The position numbers were made by a program, and so were the translations under genes. 64,000 nucleotides of DNA from Macrostomum lignano (Eukaryota). The notes under the pieces were generated by a model. The model had not been told where the DNA came from. It saw only the letters and a program-made list of their open reading frames with translations, and did not search any database. Location: positions 232,717 through 296,716 of the forward strand of contig NIVC01001401.1 of NCBI GenBank assembly GCA_002269645.1, read 5' to 3'. This document shows positions 11,796 through 24,793 of the stretch, in pieces (position 1 is the stretch's first letter; the number at the start of each line of letters is the position of its first letter).

Positions 11796-11994
11796 TGTAG
11801 TGCGCTTGTGCGCGAAATATAAAGTGGTCTCGTGGACCATATATTTGAGTTAATATATAGTCACTGCCGACGTGCGGCTACCACGTTATGCAATGGTTAA
11901 GGGGGGGGGTGGGGCAGAGCTAGCGCACGTTGGTCGAGAGAACTCAAGCTATAGTCACATACAAGCCTACAGGCGTAGAGGGGCGTACACTACA
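11796..11994 (-). repeat. 5' long terminal repeat (199 bp)
   Basis: 7-bp terminal inverted repeats TGTAGTG/CACTACA. On the - strand it is followed by A and then TGGCGTCGCAAG, the putative PBS. Confidence 0.85.
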
Positions 11995-12812
11995 AATCCC
12001 AATCTATGAATCCCAATCTATAAATCCCAATCTATGAATCCCAATCTATAAATCCCAATCTTAAAGTCCTAATCTATAATCCCAATCTTGAAGTCCCAAT
12101 CTATAATCCCTATCTTAAAGTCCCAATCTATAAATCCCAATCTTAAAGTCCCAATCTATAAATCCCAATCTTAAAGTCCCAATCTATAAATCCCAATCTT
12201 AAAGTCCCAATCTATAATCCCAATCTTAAAGTCCCAATCTATAAATCCCTATCTTAAAGTCCCAATCTATAAATCCCAATCTTAAAGTCCCAATCTATAA
12301 ATCCCAATCTATGAATCCCAATCCATGAATCCCCAATTTATAAATCCCTATCTATGAATCCCAATCTATAAATCCCAATCTTAAAGTCCTAATCTATAAT
12401 CACAATCTTAAAGTCCCAATCTATAATCACAATCTTAAAGTCCCAATCTATAAATCCCAATCTTAAAGTCCCAATCTATAAATCCCAATCTTAAAGTCCC
12501 AATCTATAAATCCCAATCTTTAAGTCCCAATCTATAATCCCAATCTTAAAGTCCCAATCTATAAATCCCTATCTTAAAGTCCCAATCTATAAATCCCTAT
12601 CTTAAAGTCCCAATCTATAAATCCCAATCTTAAAGTCCCAATCTATAAATCCCAATCTTAAAGTCCCAATCTATAATCCCAATCTTAAAGTCCCAATCTA
12701 TAAATCCCTATCTTAAAGTCCCAATCTATAAATCCCTATCTTAAAGTCCCAATCTATAAATCCCAATCTTAAAGTCCCAATCTATAAATCCCAATCTTAA
12801 AGTCCCAATCTC
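11995..12812. repeat. 28-bp minisatellite (AAATCCCAATCTTAAAGTCCCAATCTAT), right part
   Basis: About 29 tandem units, each built from two related 14-bp halves. Confidence 0.95.
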
Positions 12813-13320
12813 CAAACCTAAATCTGCAAACCCCAGTCTATAAATCTGAGTTTTCCTGTCCCAATTCTCAACCGTCGCATTTCAGTCCATTAAATCATCA
12901 ATATTGTATCCCAGCGCCCTAATAGGTCTCGATGCAAGGCAGGATCTGCAGACAAGGGCACATAGCAAGTGTCAAAAAGCCAAGCCACAATTTCACTTGC
13001 CCTGGAAGCGCTGCATGCTGCCCTGGACTGTTTGATCCGTTCGTTGCGCGTGGCCAGTTCCACGCGCAGATCAATTGTCGAAACGCCCATGTGACTCTTG
13101 TTGTGTCCTGTTTTGCCGACGTATATATTTCTCTGAAAACAATAAATATACTTGGCCATTCAGCTGTGTCATGCTGATTTTTATGTCTTAAATGTGTATT
13201 TAATTACTAAAATACTCATATACATTTCACTGTTTCTGTGCTAATCATTTAGCATTAAATGCGTCGCATTGAAAAAGCATTAAAACTCGCAAGTGTCTTA
13301 CTAATAAGTAGCAAAAGCAG

Positions 13321-14806
13321 CAAAGTCGCTACAAATGCGATGCGAGACTTATATTTTGTCTGTGCTTTCTGCGGCCTTCGACTCTTATTGCGAATTCGTC
13401 TTTGGCGCTGCGGCTTCTGAGGTGTCGCAGCCTCTGCAGCCGGTACACTGCAACCCGCGCCTCCAAGGAACCGTTGCTGCAAAGCGGCCCGGGTTTGCAA
13501 CACTTTCTGCAAGATGCTGCTTTGCAAAAGAAGATGCAGCAATCGGATCTATCTAATCACTTTGGAAAGTCAGGTTAGCGTAGCTTGCTTTGTTTCTCTC
13601 ACCGCCTCTGACCTCATTCCCTTCAGTACCAGCCTCATTCCCTTCAGTACCCGCCTCATTCCCTTCAGTACCCGCCTCATTCCCTTCAGTACCCGCCTCA
13701 TTCCTTCAGTACCCGCCTCATTCCCTTCAGTACCAGCCTCATTCCCTTCAGTACCAGCCTCATTCCCTTCAGTACCCGCCTCATTCCCTTCAGTACCAGC
13801 CTCATTCCCTTCAGTACCCGCCTCATTCCCTTCAGTACCCGCCTCATTCCCTTCAGTACCAGCCTCATTCCCTTCAGTACCAGCCTCATTCCCTTCAGTA
13901 CCAGCCTCATTCCCTTCAGTACCAGCCTCATTCCCTTCAGTACCCGCCACATTCCCCTCAGTTCTCGCCTCGTTCTCCTTAGTACCCGCCTCATTCCCTT
14001 TCAGTACCCCCTTCATTACCCTCAGTTCCAGCCTCATTCCCCTCAGTACCCGCCTCATTCCCCTCAGTACCCGCCTCATTCCCCTCAGTATTCATAGAGA
14101 CTCGCGGCTGCCGGATGAACTTCGCCGACACGGAGGTTGTCATGTCGATTTTAACAAAGGCCGGCTACAGAATTGTGTCGTCCGGGCAAGAGGTAGGCAG
14201 CGTTGGGGTATTCATCACAATGCAATAGTAGCCTTTTCTACTTGCAGTAGTTAAGAGGGATATTTCCACTCCTATTTTTGCAGGCAAATATTTACTTAAT
14301 AATGACTTGCGCTATTCGCGAAGGAGCCGAGAATAAAATTAGAAAAAAGTTGCACTGGCTGTCAAACCTGAAACAGCATCGGCCGCACACTGTGGGCGTA
14401 TTAGGTAAGCTGCTTTATGATGTCACACCTGTGAGTAGGAGTAGTGATTGTTCACCAATATGTGTTCACACACCTGTGACTAGGCTTAGCGACTGTTCAC
14501 CAATATGTGTTCACACACCTGTGACTAGGATTAGCGACTTCACACACGTGACTAGGATTAGCGACTGTTCACCAATGTGTTCACACACCTGGGACTAGGA
14601 GTAGTGACTGTTCACCAATGTGTTCACACACCTGTGACTAGGATTAGCGACTGTTCACCAATATGTGTTCACACCTGTGAGTAAGAGAGTAGTGACTGTT
14701 CACCAATATGTGTTCACACACATGTGACTAGGAGTAGTGACTGTTCACCAATGTGTGTTCACACCTGTGACTAAGAGAGTAGGGACTGTTCACCAATACG
14801 TGTATG

Positions 14807-14840
<34 letters not shown>

Positions 14841-17800
14841 GCACACACACACAGCTACCGCTTCAGTACTACAATCTGTTAAATTTTCTCCCGCTAGGCT
14901 GCATGGCTGAGAGACTCAAATCGAAGCTATTCGACGAGTCGTCCGTGGTTCGCGTCATCTGCGGTCCGGACGCGTACAGAGACCTGCCCAGACTGCTGGC
15001 GGATGCTGACAGCGGGCAAAGGGGCGGTGCGTGACTGACTGTAGACTGCGGGCTGTCACGGGTGTCATAACTAGCTCATTGATGGGTGTCATAGACAGTT
15101 CATTGATGGGTGTCATAGACAGTTCATTGTTGGGTGTTATAGACAGCTCATTGATGGGTGTTATAGACAGTTCATTGATGGGTGTCATAAGCAGCTCATT
15201 GATGGGTGTCATAAGCAGCTCATTGATGGGTGTCATAGACAGCTCATTGATGGGTGTCATAGACAGTTCATTGATGGGTGTCATAAGCAGCTCATTGATG
15301 GGTGTCATAGACAGCTCATTGATGGGTGTCATAGACAGTTCATTGATGGGTGTCATAGACAGTTCATTGATGGGTGTCATAAGCAGCTCATTGTTGGGTG
15401 TCATAAGCAGCTCATTGTTGGGTGTCATAGACAGCTCATTGATAAGTGTCATAAGCAGCTCATTGATGGGTGTCATAGACAGCTCATTGATGGGTGTCAT
15501 AGACAGCTCATTGATGGGTGTCATAGACAGTTCATTGATGGGTGTCATAAGCAGCTCATTGATGGGTGTCATAGACAGTTCATTGATGGGTGTCATAAGC
15601 AGCTCATTGATGGGTGTCATAGACAGCTCATTGATGGGTGTCATAGACAGTTCATTGATGGGTGTCATAGACAGTTCATTGATGGGTGTCATAAGCAGCT
15701 CATTGTTGGGTGTCATAAGCAGCTCATTGTTGGGTGTCATAGACAGCTCATTGATAAGTGTCATAAGCAGCTCATTGATGGGTGTCATAGACAGCTCATT
15801 GATGGGTGTCATAGACAGCTCATTGATGGGTGTTATAGACAGCTCATTGATGGGTGTCATAGACAGTTCATTGATGGGTGTCATAAGCAGCTCATTGATG
15901 GGTGTCATAGACAGCTCATTGATGGGTGTTATAGACAGTTCATTGATGGGTGTTATAGACAGCTCATTGATGGGTGTTATAGACAGCTCATTGATGGGTG
16001 TTATAGACAGCTCATTGATGGGTGTTATAGACAGCTCATTGATGGGTGTCATAGACAGTTCATTGATGGGTGTCATAAACAGCTCATTGATGGGTGTCAT
16101 AAGCAGCTCATTGATGGGTGTCATAGACAGCTCATTGATGGGTGTCATAAGCAGCTCATTGATGGGTGTCATAGACAGCTCATTGATGGGTGTCATAAGC
16201 AGCAGCTCATTGATGGGTGTCATAAGCAGCTCATTGTTGGGTGTCATAGACAGCTCATTAATGGGTGTCATAAGCAGCTCATTGATGGGTGTCAGAAGCA
16301 GCTCATTGATGGGTGTCACACAACCCCCGCAGCCAACACGCAGCTGTCCCTAGAGGAAACTTACGCAGACGTGAACCCGATCCGGGCCCAGCCCGAGTCC
16401 CCAGCAGCATTTGTGTCCATCATGCGCGGCTGTGACAATCATTGCGCATTCTGCGTTGTGCCGCAGACGCGCGGCAGAGAGCGGTCGACACCGGCGGACG
16501 CCGTGGCGGATCAAGTCGGCCGCCTGGTGGACGGAGGCGTCCGCGAGGTCACCCTGCTTGGCCAGAACGTCAACAGCTATCGGGACGTCAGCTCCGCAGG
16601 CGTGTCCGCCGCTGGCCGGACGCCCGGCTTCTCGGCCGTCTACGCCGAACGAATCGGCGGGCTGCAATTCCCGGACCTGTTGGACAGGCTGAGCGCCGGA
16701 TATCCGGCCTGTAGGTTTCGCTTCACTTCGCCGCATCCGAAAGATTTCCCAGCCAGCCTGCTGCAGCTGATTGGGGAGCGGCCCAACTTAGCCAAACAGC
16801 TGCACCTGCCGGCGCAGAGCGGCTCCACCGCCGTGCTGCAACGGATGCGGCGAGGCTACAGTCGGGAGGCCTACCTGCGACTGGTTGACGACGCCCGGGC
16901 CGCGGTGCCAAATCTGGCCATCACCGGGGATATCATCTGCGGATTCTGCGGCGAGACGGAGGCTGATCACGAGGATACGCTGGAGCTGCTGCGGCTGGTG
17001 CGTTACAGCTTTGTGTACCACTATGCCTATAGCGTGAGAGAGCGGACCAGGGCCCACCGGCTGATGAAGGATGATGTGCCCGAGGAGGTTAAGGTGACGG
17101 TTTTGTTTACCTGACTCTTATTTACTTTGGGAGCTGTGCGTTGCTTTTTGGTTAGACTTTGAGGTATGAGGTAGATGTCAGGTAGATTTCATGTAGATAT
17201 CATGTAGATATCAGTCAGGTAGATATCATGTAGATGTCAGGTAGATGTCAGGTAGATGTCAGGTAGATGTCAGGTAGATGTCAGGTAGATTTCATGTAGA
17301 TTTCATGTAGATGTCAGGTAGATTTCAGGTAGATGTCAGGTAGATGTCAGGTAGATGTCAGGTAGATGTCAGGTAGATTTCATGTAGATTTCATGTAGAT
17401 GTCAGGTAGATTTCATGTAGATTTCATGTAGATGTCATGTAGATGTCAGGTAGATGTCAGGTAGATTTCAAGTAGATTTCAGGTAGATTTCAGGTAGATG
17501 TCAGGTAGATTTCAAGTAGATGTCAGGTAGATTTCAGGTAGATGTCAGGTAGATGTCAGGTAGATTTCATGTAGATGTCATGTAGATGTCAGGTAGATGT
17601 CAGGTAGATTTCATGTAGATGTCAGGTAAATGTCAGGTAGATTTCAGGTAGACATCTACCCAGCCATCGGTTGCTATGGATACCGTGTACATCATTGCAG
17701 ATGCGCCGCAGCGCCGAGGTCGATCGGGTGTTCCGCGACATCGCCAGCGCCGACAACCAGCTGTCTGTCGGGCAGCACCAGCTGGTTCTCATCGAAGGCG

Positions 17801-18054
17801 ACAGTCGGCGCTCCGCTGACTGGTGGCGCGGCCGCAACGACCAGGGCATCCGGGTGCTGCTGCCCAAGCTGCCGCAGTCTGCGCAGCGAATTCACCAGTT
17901 CGACATTCGCGTCGGTGATTTCGTTGCCGCCCGAGTCGACAGCGCCGGCGCGCAGACGCTGCTGGCCGAGCCGCTGGCGCCGGTGCCCGACGGACCGGCC
18001 GGGTTTGCCAGCGCTCTGGCCGAACTGGACAGCTCCCGCCCGCTGCCGGCTTAG
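13321..18054 (+). CDS. CDK5RAP1: Mitochondrial tRNA methylthiotransferase CDK5RAP1 (MiaB family); exons ~13321..13573 (start unresolved), 14089..14192, 14284..14404, 14898..15026, 16333..17093, 17701..18054
   Basis: SGPGLQHFL; [16 protein letters not shown]; [10 protein letters not shown]; LGCMAERLK...[12 protein letters not shown]; LSLEETYAD; radical-SAM motif CDNHCAFC; RFTSPHP; LHLPAQSGS; TRAM domain LVLIEG...GRND. All splice phases are consistent. The first exon has no in-frame ATG. Confidence 0.92.
13605..14090. repeat. 21-bp minisatellite (CCCGCCTCATTCCCTTCAGTA) whose last unit is the intron acceptor
   Basis: About 23 tandem units; the final CTCAG|TA at 14084..14090 is the splice acceptor. 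Confidence 0.93.
14425..14852. repeat. About 45-bp degenerate tandem repeat followed by a (CA)n microsatellite
   Basis: Repeated GACTGTTCACCAATATGTGTTCACACACCTGTGACTAGG; CA run at about 14806..14852. Confidence 0.85.
15055..16320. repeat. 24-bp minisatellite (TGATGGGTGTCATAGACAGCTCAT)
   Basis: About 52 units; source of the MTPINELS and MGVIDSSL pseudo-ORFs. Same family as 30160..30790. Confidence 0.95.
17170..17655. repeat. 11-bp tandem repeat (TCAGGTAGATG / TCATGTAGATT)
   Basis: Fills the last CDK5RAP1 intron. Confidence 0.92.
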
Positions 18055-18057
18055 GGG

Positions 18058-18420
18058 CCCTCCCTCTGCCCTCCCTTCTGCCCTCTCTGCCCTCCTCTCT
18101 GCCCTCCCCTCTGCCCTCCCCTCTGCCCTCTACTCTTCCCTCCCCTCTGCCCTCCCTTCTGCCTCCCCTCTGCCCTCCCCTCTGCCCTCCCCTCTGCCCT
18201 CCCCTCTGCCCTCCCTCTGCCCTCCCCTCTGCCCTCTACTCTGCCCTCCCCTCTGCCCTCCCCTCTGCCCTCCCCTCTGCCCTCCCCTCTGCCCTCCCCT
18301 CTGCCCTCCCCTCTGCCCTCCCCTCTGCCCTCCCTCTGCCCTCCCCTCTGCCCTCCCCTCTGCCCTCCCCTCTGCTCTCCCCTCTGCTCTCCCCTCTGCC
18401 ATCCTTTCTGCCCTCCCTCT
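18058..18420. repeat. 12-bp pyrimidine repeat (CCCTCTGCCCTC)
   Basis: Begins immediately after the CDK5RAP1 stop codon. Confidence 0.92.
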
Positions 18421-18779
18421 GCACTCCCCTATGCCCTCCTCTCACTCTCCCCCCCTCTCCCATTTTCCTTCTCATCCTTTTTGCATATGACCTTTCTCCC
18501 CTGACTGACTCCGCAACATAATTTCTAGCGCATTTTTACGAGCAAACTTTCTGCAGGGCTGGAACACCGTTTAATTGAGTTGCTTGATACCATGGTGTGC
18601 TTTAAGTCTTACCGGTACTGTGTTCCAATGCCTATGACTTCGATTGTTGTCAATCAGTTCTCCTTAGTTATAGCTTCACACATTCAATTTTGGCCTGTGA
18701 ATAATAATATTAAGCTTTAATCGGCATCATTTGACAACAATTGACTCAGTCAGTCAGTCAAAACGTTGATGACATCATG

Positions 18780-19110
18780 AAGAAACTAAGAGACTTCGCC
18801 AGCTACTTTGAAAGGCTGGAAGTTCGAAAATGACCAGCTTCTGGTCAACACTGCCCAGAAAACATGGGCTATTGGTTATCAGCATTGCGGCCGTTGAGCA
18901 GATTTGCTTTAGATCTTCACTCTTCAAAGAGGGTGCAGACTTCAAGCCTTTGAGATACCTCATGACGGTAAAGTTTTCTCAGGACCCGTTGGAATGCTCA
19001 TTTGATGCAATCCTGTCGCGTTCGGGACTAACAGTCACCCCAATTTGTGCTAGAGGAAAATATTCACTACGTAGACAGAAAGTTATTTTTAAGACTCAAA
19101 TCTGAAGCTA
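18780..19110 (+). mobile_element. Degenerate P-element/THAP9-type transposase fragment
   Basis: RYLMTVKFSQDPLECSFDAILSRSG resembles the conserved P-transposase motif YLLTYKFSQDHLELFFSAIRSRGG. It is preceded by KHGLLVISI and an apparent frameshift. No TIRs identified. Confidence 0.6.
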
Positions 19111-19291
19111 CGAGCTCTTTACATATGAAACTGTCTATGGCAAAACCTTTAAAATCAAGATATGCCTCAATACACAGAACCTTGAGTATTCACACAATCC
19201 TCGTATTTGTGAATAGCTCCATATTGAGCAGTCTCAGCACTCTCTGCGATTGTCATTTGTCACAGTCAAGGTCACTACCAGCAGCAACAAC

Positions 19292-19801
19292 ATGCACGCA
19301 CTGCTAGAGGCCAAAGCCTGTCTGATCCACAGCGCCCTCAGCCGGCCAGTGGATGGCCAGCAGGTGGTGAACTGCTCAGAGCTGGCCAAGAAGCTGGTGC
19401 TAGCCGAGGAGAAGGCTCGCAGGCAGTACATTGAGAACACGCGCAACGCCAAGCTGCGCCCGATCTACAAGCTGGACGAAGAGAAACTGCAGAGCGACTT
19501 TCGAGTGCTGAAGTTTATCGGTTGCGAGCTGTTCTCGCAGACTCTGCCGGATCATGTGACTAAATCGGAGCTCGTGGACTTTGTCATTACGGTGTACGGC
19601 AACGGCCGAGAGTGCAGCGTGTCCCAGCGGCTGTTCCAGCTGATTGACGGCCAGAACTCCGGCAGGGTGAACCAGCTGGATTTGACAATTTATTGCGAAC
19701 CGATTCTGACAAAACCGGTGCTGCAGGAGCTGGCCGGCCTGGGGCAGTCAATTAATTTTGATCAGTTTAAACGGCTCAATATTACTAATGCGTACAAGTA
19801 G
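19292..19801 (+). CDS. Small protein or exon with an EF-hand-like segment (169 aa from the ATG at 19292)
   Basis: GC3-rich codon usage like neighbouring genes; RLFQLIDGQNSGRVNQLDL resembles an EF-hand loop. It may be an exon of a larger gene, since AG acceptors lie at 19264 and 19269. Confidence 0.5.
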   Translation: MHALLEAKACLIHSALSRPVDGQQVVNCSELAKKLVLAEEKARRQYIENTRNAKLRPIYKLDEEKLQSDFRVLKFIGCELFSQTLPDHVTKSELVDFVITVYGNGRECSVSQRLFQLIDGQNSGRVNQLDLTIYCEPILTKPVLQELAGLGQSINFDQFKRLNITNAYK

Positions 19802-20244
19802 GAGGGCTTTCAGTTTTTATTGCAGGGCGGTTAGCAAACAAACAGGCCAGATCAAGAATCTAGCTTATGGCTGCTGGCCAGGTGAGAGGAGATCAGAGAT
19901 GAGAGAAGAGGGAAGAGAAGGGAGAAGTGAGAGAAGAGATCGGAGATGAGAGAATGAGTGCTAACACAGGAGTCACCGTGAGAGCACGGCCTAATTAATA
20001 ATGAATTCATGTTATTAACTTACTGCCCCGAGTTCGGGACCCTGCATGCCCTGCTGAGACGATATTTTACTACAACTTTTTTTGCATAATCCACCATTCT
20101 GCCATCAAGGTCCAGAGTAACCGATCAAAATTGACTTGTTTGCATCTCAAAAAAACTGAAGTTTGAAGTCATAAACAATAAGTATTGAAGTCCATTGTTG
20201 GCTAAATGATCATGCACTGCTTCCCAGGGAAATTTCGCGTCCTA

Positions 20245-22114
20245 ATCTCACCCTGTCTGTCCTAATCTCCCCCTTCTGTCCTAATCTCACCCTTGTCTGT
20301 CCTAATCTCACCCTTTCTGTCCTAATCTCACCTTGTCTGTCCTAATCTCACCATTTCTGTCCTAATCTCACCCTGTCTGTCCTAATCTCACCATTTCTGT
20401 CCTAATCTCACCATTTCTGTCCTAATCTCACCCTTTCTGTCTTAATCTCCCCCTTCTGTCTTAATCTCCCCCTTCTGTCTTAATCTCACCCTTCTGTCCT
20501 AATCTCACCCTTTCTGTCCTAATCTCACCCTGTCTGTCCTAATCCCCCCTGTCTTAATCTCCCCCTTCTGTCCTAATCTCACCCTTGTCTGTCCTAATCT
20601 CACCCTTTCTGTCCTAATCTCACCTTGTCTGTCCTAATCTCACCATTTCTGTCCTAATCTCACCCTGTCTGTCCTAATCTCACCATTTCTGTCCTAATCT
20701 CACCATTTCTGTCCTAATCTCACCCTTTCTGTCTTAATCTCCCCCTTCTGTCTTAATCTCCCCTTCTGTCTTAATCTCACCCTTCTGTCCTAATCTCACC
20801 CTTTCTGTCCTAATCCCCCTCTGTCTTAATCTCCCCTTCTGTCCTAATCTCACTATTTCTGTCTTAATCTCCCCCTTCTGTCCTAATCTCACCATTTCTG
20901 TCTTAATCTCACCCTTCTGTCCTAATCTCACCCTTTCTGTCCTAATCCCCCCCTCTGTCTTAATCTCCCCCTTCTGTCCTAATCTCACTATTTCTGTCTT
21001 AATCTCCCCCTTCTGTCCTAATCTCACCATTTCTGTCTTAATCTCCCCCTTCTGTCCTAATCTCACCCTGTCTGTCCTAATCTCACCATTTCTGTCCTAA
21101 TCTCACCCTGTCTGTCCTAATCTCACCCTTTGTGTCCTAATCTCACCCTTCTGTCCTAATCTCACCATTTCTGTCCTAATCTCACCCTGTCTGTCCTAAT
21201 CTCACCCTTGTCTGTCCTAATCTCACCATTTCTGTCCTAATCTCACCCTGTCTGTCCTAATCTCACCATTTCTGTCCTAATCTCACCCTTTATGTCCTAA
21301 TCTCACCCTTCTGTCCTAATCTCACCATTTCTGTCTTAATCTCCCCCTTCTGTCCTAATCTCACCCTGTCTGTCCTAATCTCACCATTTCTGTCCTAATC
21401 TCACCCTGTCTGTCCTAATCTCAACCTGTCTGTCCTAATCTCACCATTTCTGTCCTAATCTCACCCTTTGTGTCCTAATCTCACCCTTTCTGTCCTAATC
21501 TCACCCTTTCTGTCCTAATCTCACCCTGTCTGTCTTAATCTCACCCTGTCTGTCCTAATCTCACCATTTCTGTCCTAATCTCACCCTGTCTGTCCTAATC
21601 TCACCCTGTCTGTCCTAATCTCACCATTTCTGTCCTAATCTCACCCTTTCTGTCCTAATCTCACCCTTTCTGTCCTAATCTCACCCTGTCTGTCTTAATC
21701 TCACCCTGTCTGTCCTAATCTCACCATTTCTGTCCTAATCTCACCCTGTCTGTCCTAATCTCACCCTTTCTGTCCTAATCTCACCCTTCTGTCCTAATCT
21801 CACCATTTCTGTCCTAATCTCACCCTTTCTGTCCTAATCTCACCATTTCTGTCCTAATCTCACCCTGTCTGTCCTAATCTCACCCTTCTGTCCTAATCTC
21901 ACCATTTCTGTCCTAATCTCACCCTTTCTGTCCTAATCTCACCCTTTCTGTCCTAATCTCACCCTGTCTGTCCTAATCTCACCCTTTGTGTCCTAATCTC
22001 ACCCTTCTGTTCTAATCTCACCCTTCTGTCTTAATCTCACCCTTTCTGTCCTAATCTCACCCTTTCTGTCCTAATCTCACCCTTCTGTTCTAATCTCACC
22101 CTTCTGTCCTAATC

Positions 22115-22120
<6 letters not shown>
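20245..22120. repeat. About 21-bp minisatellite (TCTGTCCTAATCTCACCCTTT)
   Basis: About 90 units. One further partial unit (TAATCTCACCCTT) reappears at 24180..24192 after the LINE. Confidence 0.95.
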
Positions 22121-24179
<2,059 letters not shown>

Positions 24180-24793
24180 TAATCTCACCCTTCGACAGCA
24201 GTACATGCACATATTATGAACTTTACGAGCTAAACACTTCTTTTCTTACTTAAAGTAGTTAAATTGTATCTCACTAGACTTTAAACTCCCTAAGCCAATA
24301 CCGGGCATCAGATGATTTTTCATAAGCTAAGGACCATTTGATAAATTTTATTTCATTTTTCCAAATTGAAGGCAATAAGCCAAAAGCCCTAAGTGCCGGT
24401 CTGCTGACTCTAGCCCTGCTAAATAATTCATATTTGATTTGCAATGACTGAGCAGTTATCATAAAAAGCTGGACCCCATGAAGTCTCTCATAACTCTTGT
24501 CTGCAGTCCCGCCCGCGTCTATAGCATTGAGTTGAGCTGCAGGTATGTTGAGAAGCCCCAGCTCTGCCCTACCTCAACATCGTTAACTCTCGTCTGGAAA
24601 AGCAATATTTCAGTGTTTTATTTCGTTGCTACCCGGAGGGGTAGAAATTATCCCATCGCGACTGGGGGCGCGGGGTTGTGGCTTCCAGTTATTACATGCC
24701 TCACATTTTATATATAAATTTAGCTGGTAGGATTTATCAGCTCATTCCAAGCCTCATCCTTCTATACTAAGCAATTTAGCAAACAACAAAGTC

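Larger units (their letters stand above)
8340..11994 (-). mobile_element. Ty3/Gypsy (Mag-like) LTR retrotransposon, 5' LTR intact, 3' end truncated within integrase
   Basis: Single gag-pol ORF with domain order PR-RT-RH-IN. A 199-bp LTR at 11796..11994 has TGTAGTG...CACTACA ends and is followed by a TGG-type PBS. No PPT or 3' LTR is present. Confidence 0.93.

Noticed and set aside
12890-13159. 89-aa minus-strand ORF with YIYC...IYVGKT resembling a GIY-YIG start
   Set aside because: The similarity is limited to a few residues, with no downstream catalytic motif and no associated Penelope RT.
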